Positions 60,606 to 64,000 of a stretch of DNA of 64,000 bases are shown here, piece after piece; position 1 is the first letter of the stretch; each line of letters starts with the position of its first letter. Below the pieces are notes generated by a model that made no database searches, was not told the origin of the DNA, and saw only the letters and a list, made by a program, of their open reading frames with translations. The stretch covers positions 41,850,001-41,914,000 of the forward strand of contig NC_059430.1 of NCBI RefSeq assembly GCF_021028975.2, written 5' to 3'. Source of the DNA: Sphaerodactylus townsendi (taxonomy: Eukaryota). The position numbers and the translations under genes were made by a program.

Positions 60606-61190
60606 GCAGCTGCTTCAAGTGGTGCGCTACCAGATAGCCATGAGACCTACAGGGCATCGGTCTTGCCCACTTTCCTGGATTGTGGAGCCATGTAGTGGAA
60701 TAGTGCTCAGCAGACCTTCAGGTGGCATGTCAAATAGCTCCTGAGCCACTGAGTGACTATCATTGCCCAAGGGCTTTAGTCCCGTAAGCTCAGATCATTC
60801 ACGTGGATCAGATAGCAGCACAGCATCTTACAGATGCTCATCCAGATTGTTCTGCCTTTCTTTTTTTTACAGTTTTTAACATCACAGTAAAAAGCATTCT
60901 TTATTCTGGCAGTATCTGCTTCCACTGATTGTTTCATTTTTTATACACGAATTTTCTTCCCTATTTTAAAATATATTTTATTCACTTTTATTCCATTGAA
61001 AGCCAGAAGAACTGAAGTTGCAAACTGTCATACAATAATAAAATATATGAAGTTGCAGCAGCGAGAGCTAAGACACATACAGATTAAAGCTAAGACACAT
61101 ATAGATTAAATTTAAATTACTCCAAAGTGTAAATTATGCAAATGAACACATAAAACCAGGCAAGTTTCAAACAGGTTTTCCCCCTAGTAG

Positions 61191-61779
61191 CAGAGGTGGG
61201 ATCCAGCAGGTTCTCACCAGTTCCCGAGAGTGGGTTACTAATTATTTGTGTGTTCCGAGAGGGGGTGACAAATTGGGTCTGCTTTTCTGTTAGAAATTCC
61301 ATTAGGTCCAAAAATCATAAAGTCCTGTTGTTTCCTATGTGGCTGGTTAGCGAAGGTAGAAAACGGGATAATTCTCCCTGTTGGGCTGTTTTAAAAACAT
61401 GTTTTAGAAATATGGTAAAGTTCCTTGTTTAAGAAAAGTATCCTTCTTTTGATTTCTAGAAACAAAATTAAGTATTTGAAAGTATTAAGTATTTGACAGG
61501 CAGTCAATTAGAGGAGAAGTAGTTATTTCTGTTGGCAGTAGACGATAGGACTTGCTATAATGAGTTTAAATTATGGACAGAAAGATACCAGCTGGAAATT
61601 AGGAACTTTTTTTTTACAGTAAGAGTTTTTTACAGTAACAGAGAAATTATTAATGCCCCGCCCCCAGAATGCCCAGCCACGCCCCTGTCATGCCCCGCCC
61701 AGCCCCATTGGCACTACGCCACTGTTGGAATCCCACCACCATGGGAACCTGTTACTAAAATTTTTGGATCCCACCACTG
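61191..61779. mobile_element. Young non-autonomous hAT element
   Basis: TIRs CAGAGGTGGGATCC / GGATCCCACCACTG; perfect 8-bp TSD CCTAGTAG. Confidence 0.88.
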
Positions 61780-64000
61780 CCTAGTAGCAATCTATTGTTT
61801 GGGATAAGGAAAGTAAGATTTATGACATATTTTTTTCTGTTGGTTTTCACTGTCTCTCAAGTTCATATCACCTCTACTGATTGATCCTGCCTTTGTGCTC
61901 AGCTCATGATTTGAGAACTCTGAACATTTTGCCTTATATGTGCGGTGAAATTTATAAAGGAAGGAAGAATGAATGCTTTATAAAGGAAGGAAGAATGAAT
62001 GAAGACTGCCTTTCGTTCCACAGATAAAGCTGCATTGTGCTGCAATGTTACTGAAACATTTTGAACTTGTTGAACTTGAAACTTATTCTACTTTTTGGGT
62101 TTTCCTCATCCATCAACAACTCACTATTCTGCTTGAGGATATTTTTTTAGATTCCTGGTTTTAAGATGGGAGGTTGCTGAGAGAGGTGGGTCACATTAAC
62201 AGCCACCCCCCAACAGTGCTCTAGAGAAGCAGCCATGTGCCACTCAGGGGCCATGGGTCAGGATCCTGTTAGAGTGGAATGTGAGTGTGCATGTAAACTG
62301 CACTGATGTCCTTACATCAGAGTGCATGTTTCCATCAGACAGCACTAGTTGACTGTTTCTACCTGCATGTCATGGACTATAATTGTAAATTGTGCCAGGG
62401 TTGCTATGGACTCCAGTGTAATTGCTATGCTTTCTATGTAGGCATTAACTGTCTTTGCATCTTTGAAACCTTTAATTCTTCTCTTAAATTTTATAAAACA
62501 TGTCAACCCAGGCATGTACTGACCAGGAGTCAAATGGAGTCAAATGGAGTCAAATGCCCCGGGCGGAGGCTATTTAGTTGAAAAATCACACACACACCCC
62601 ACCCTCAAGCACATTCACCCACTTGCTTTTTGATGCTCTCTTTTCTTTTCCTCTCACCTCCTGTACCGGCTTCAGCTCCTGTGATCTCTGCTGGCAGTTT
62701 CTGAGCTCAGAGCACACAGCGAGTCTGTTTTTGCACAGCAAGTGACTCCTGCCAACCAATTGCCTTGCTGATCCAGCCTTCGAGTGGAAGCCCATTGCTT
62801 GTGCTGCGCATCCAGCAGAAGTGTTGTACATATAGCAACTGAACAGCGGTACTCGGTGAGCTGCTAACTAGTGCCTTCTTGTGTATTAAGCCTGCCCGTT
62901 CTTCTCTGAGCAGCAGACCAGAGGGGCGATGCTTTCACGGTTTCACCTTGCCTGAGGCTTGAAGGGAAAGCTGTTTCTGGGTCGACATACCCAAGCCCAA
63001 ATGCATGCCCTCCTTGCCTCCCCTCTGGACTGACTTTCGCACAATATGCTCCATAGGCAGAGTCATGTGGGGGAGGTGGAAAATGCCCCCTCACCCCTCC
63101 TCCTTCCTTGATGACCTGGTGCAAAAAAAGTTGTTTGGTCGTGGGGCGGGGGAGGGCGGCCACCCAATATGGGGGGACTCAGATTTGCACCAGGCTACAT
63201 TTTCCCTAGATCTGCCTCTGTGTGTCAACCCCCTCCCCTGATTATCATGAGGTAGTGCTATAGAAGGTGACAACGGTGAGAACTTGGGAAGCATTAGAAG
63301 TACTTCTCCAAATCTTCTGAAATGGTTATTGAAGTTTGCATTTATACATTTATTTATTTATAGAATTTATACTCTGCCTTTCTACAAGAATAAGTTCTAG
63401 GCAGACTGCCAAAGGAATTTATACATAAAATTAAAACCACGAAGCCAAAGTACCAAAATACATACAACAGGAAATAAAAAGTTGTTCAAAAATTCAAGCT
63501 GTAAATTAAAAGTCTAAAAGCTGTATAAGATAACATAAAAGCAGTGAATAACAGTATAAAATAAAATACTTCAATCATGTAAACATAGCAGCACAATAAA
63601 ATCCATTGACATAAGATGAGAGCAAGCTGAAATAGAAGAAAAATAAAGTAATTTTATTCATGTTAGGAGCAGTATTAAATCAAATGCTTAGTACTCTGAA
63701 ATTCATATACGTCTGTTTAAAGATCTCCAATTCACCATTTATTTATAAGAAAATTTCTGTTGCCTCTCCAGAGAAACTTCTCAAGAGTTTCCATTAAATA
63801 TTTACAGCCTTGAAGACAATCCAGAACTGTAGCTACTGTCAGCAGTGGCTGATTATTATCTGGAGGAGCAATCCATTATGCATATATGATATCTGATTCA
63901 AGAGCATTACGTAAGAGCATTACACTGGCTACCTACTTGTTTCCAGGTTTGATTGGCACTGGTTTTACTTTGAATTCCTTTTCCAGATTGAAGCTGTGAA

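Noticed and set aside
56400-64000. CYP2D exons expected next by synteny
   Set aside because: No P450 motifs (e.g. FxxGxRxCxG) recognised; the gene probably lies beyond the window.

Overview
Vertebrate genomic DNA, most likely a squamate and probably a gecko judging by the SINE, CR1 and hAT repeat content (inference). It carries the conserved block WBP2NL(+), NAGA(-), PHETA2/FAM109B(+), SMDT1/EMRE(+), NDUFA6(-), the same order as human 22q13.2. All five genes were reconstructed by hand with GT-AG introns and open frames (292, 439, 263, 93 and 127 aa). The rest is introns and intergenic DNA rich in TEs: CR1, L2, L1, RTE-like and Penelope remnants, SINEs, hAT and Harbinger MITEs with verifiable TSDs, two SPIN-like elements and two solo-LTR candidates. 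I found no evidence for a wholly new gene system. The most unusual items are: (1) a recent in-frame 69-bp duplication at the end of WBP2NL exon 4 that creates a second splice donor; (2) a CpG-rich ~123-bp repeat array with an inverted unit, next to a ~200-bp palindrome and CTCF-like motifs between the NAGA and PHETA2 promoters; (3) a PHETA2 that keeps the PPPxPPRR motif; (4) a young, sense-oriented LTR candidate in NDUFA6 intron 1.
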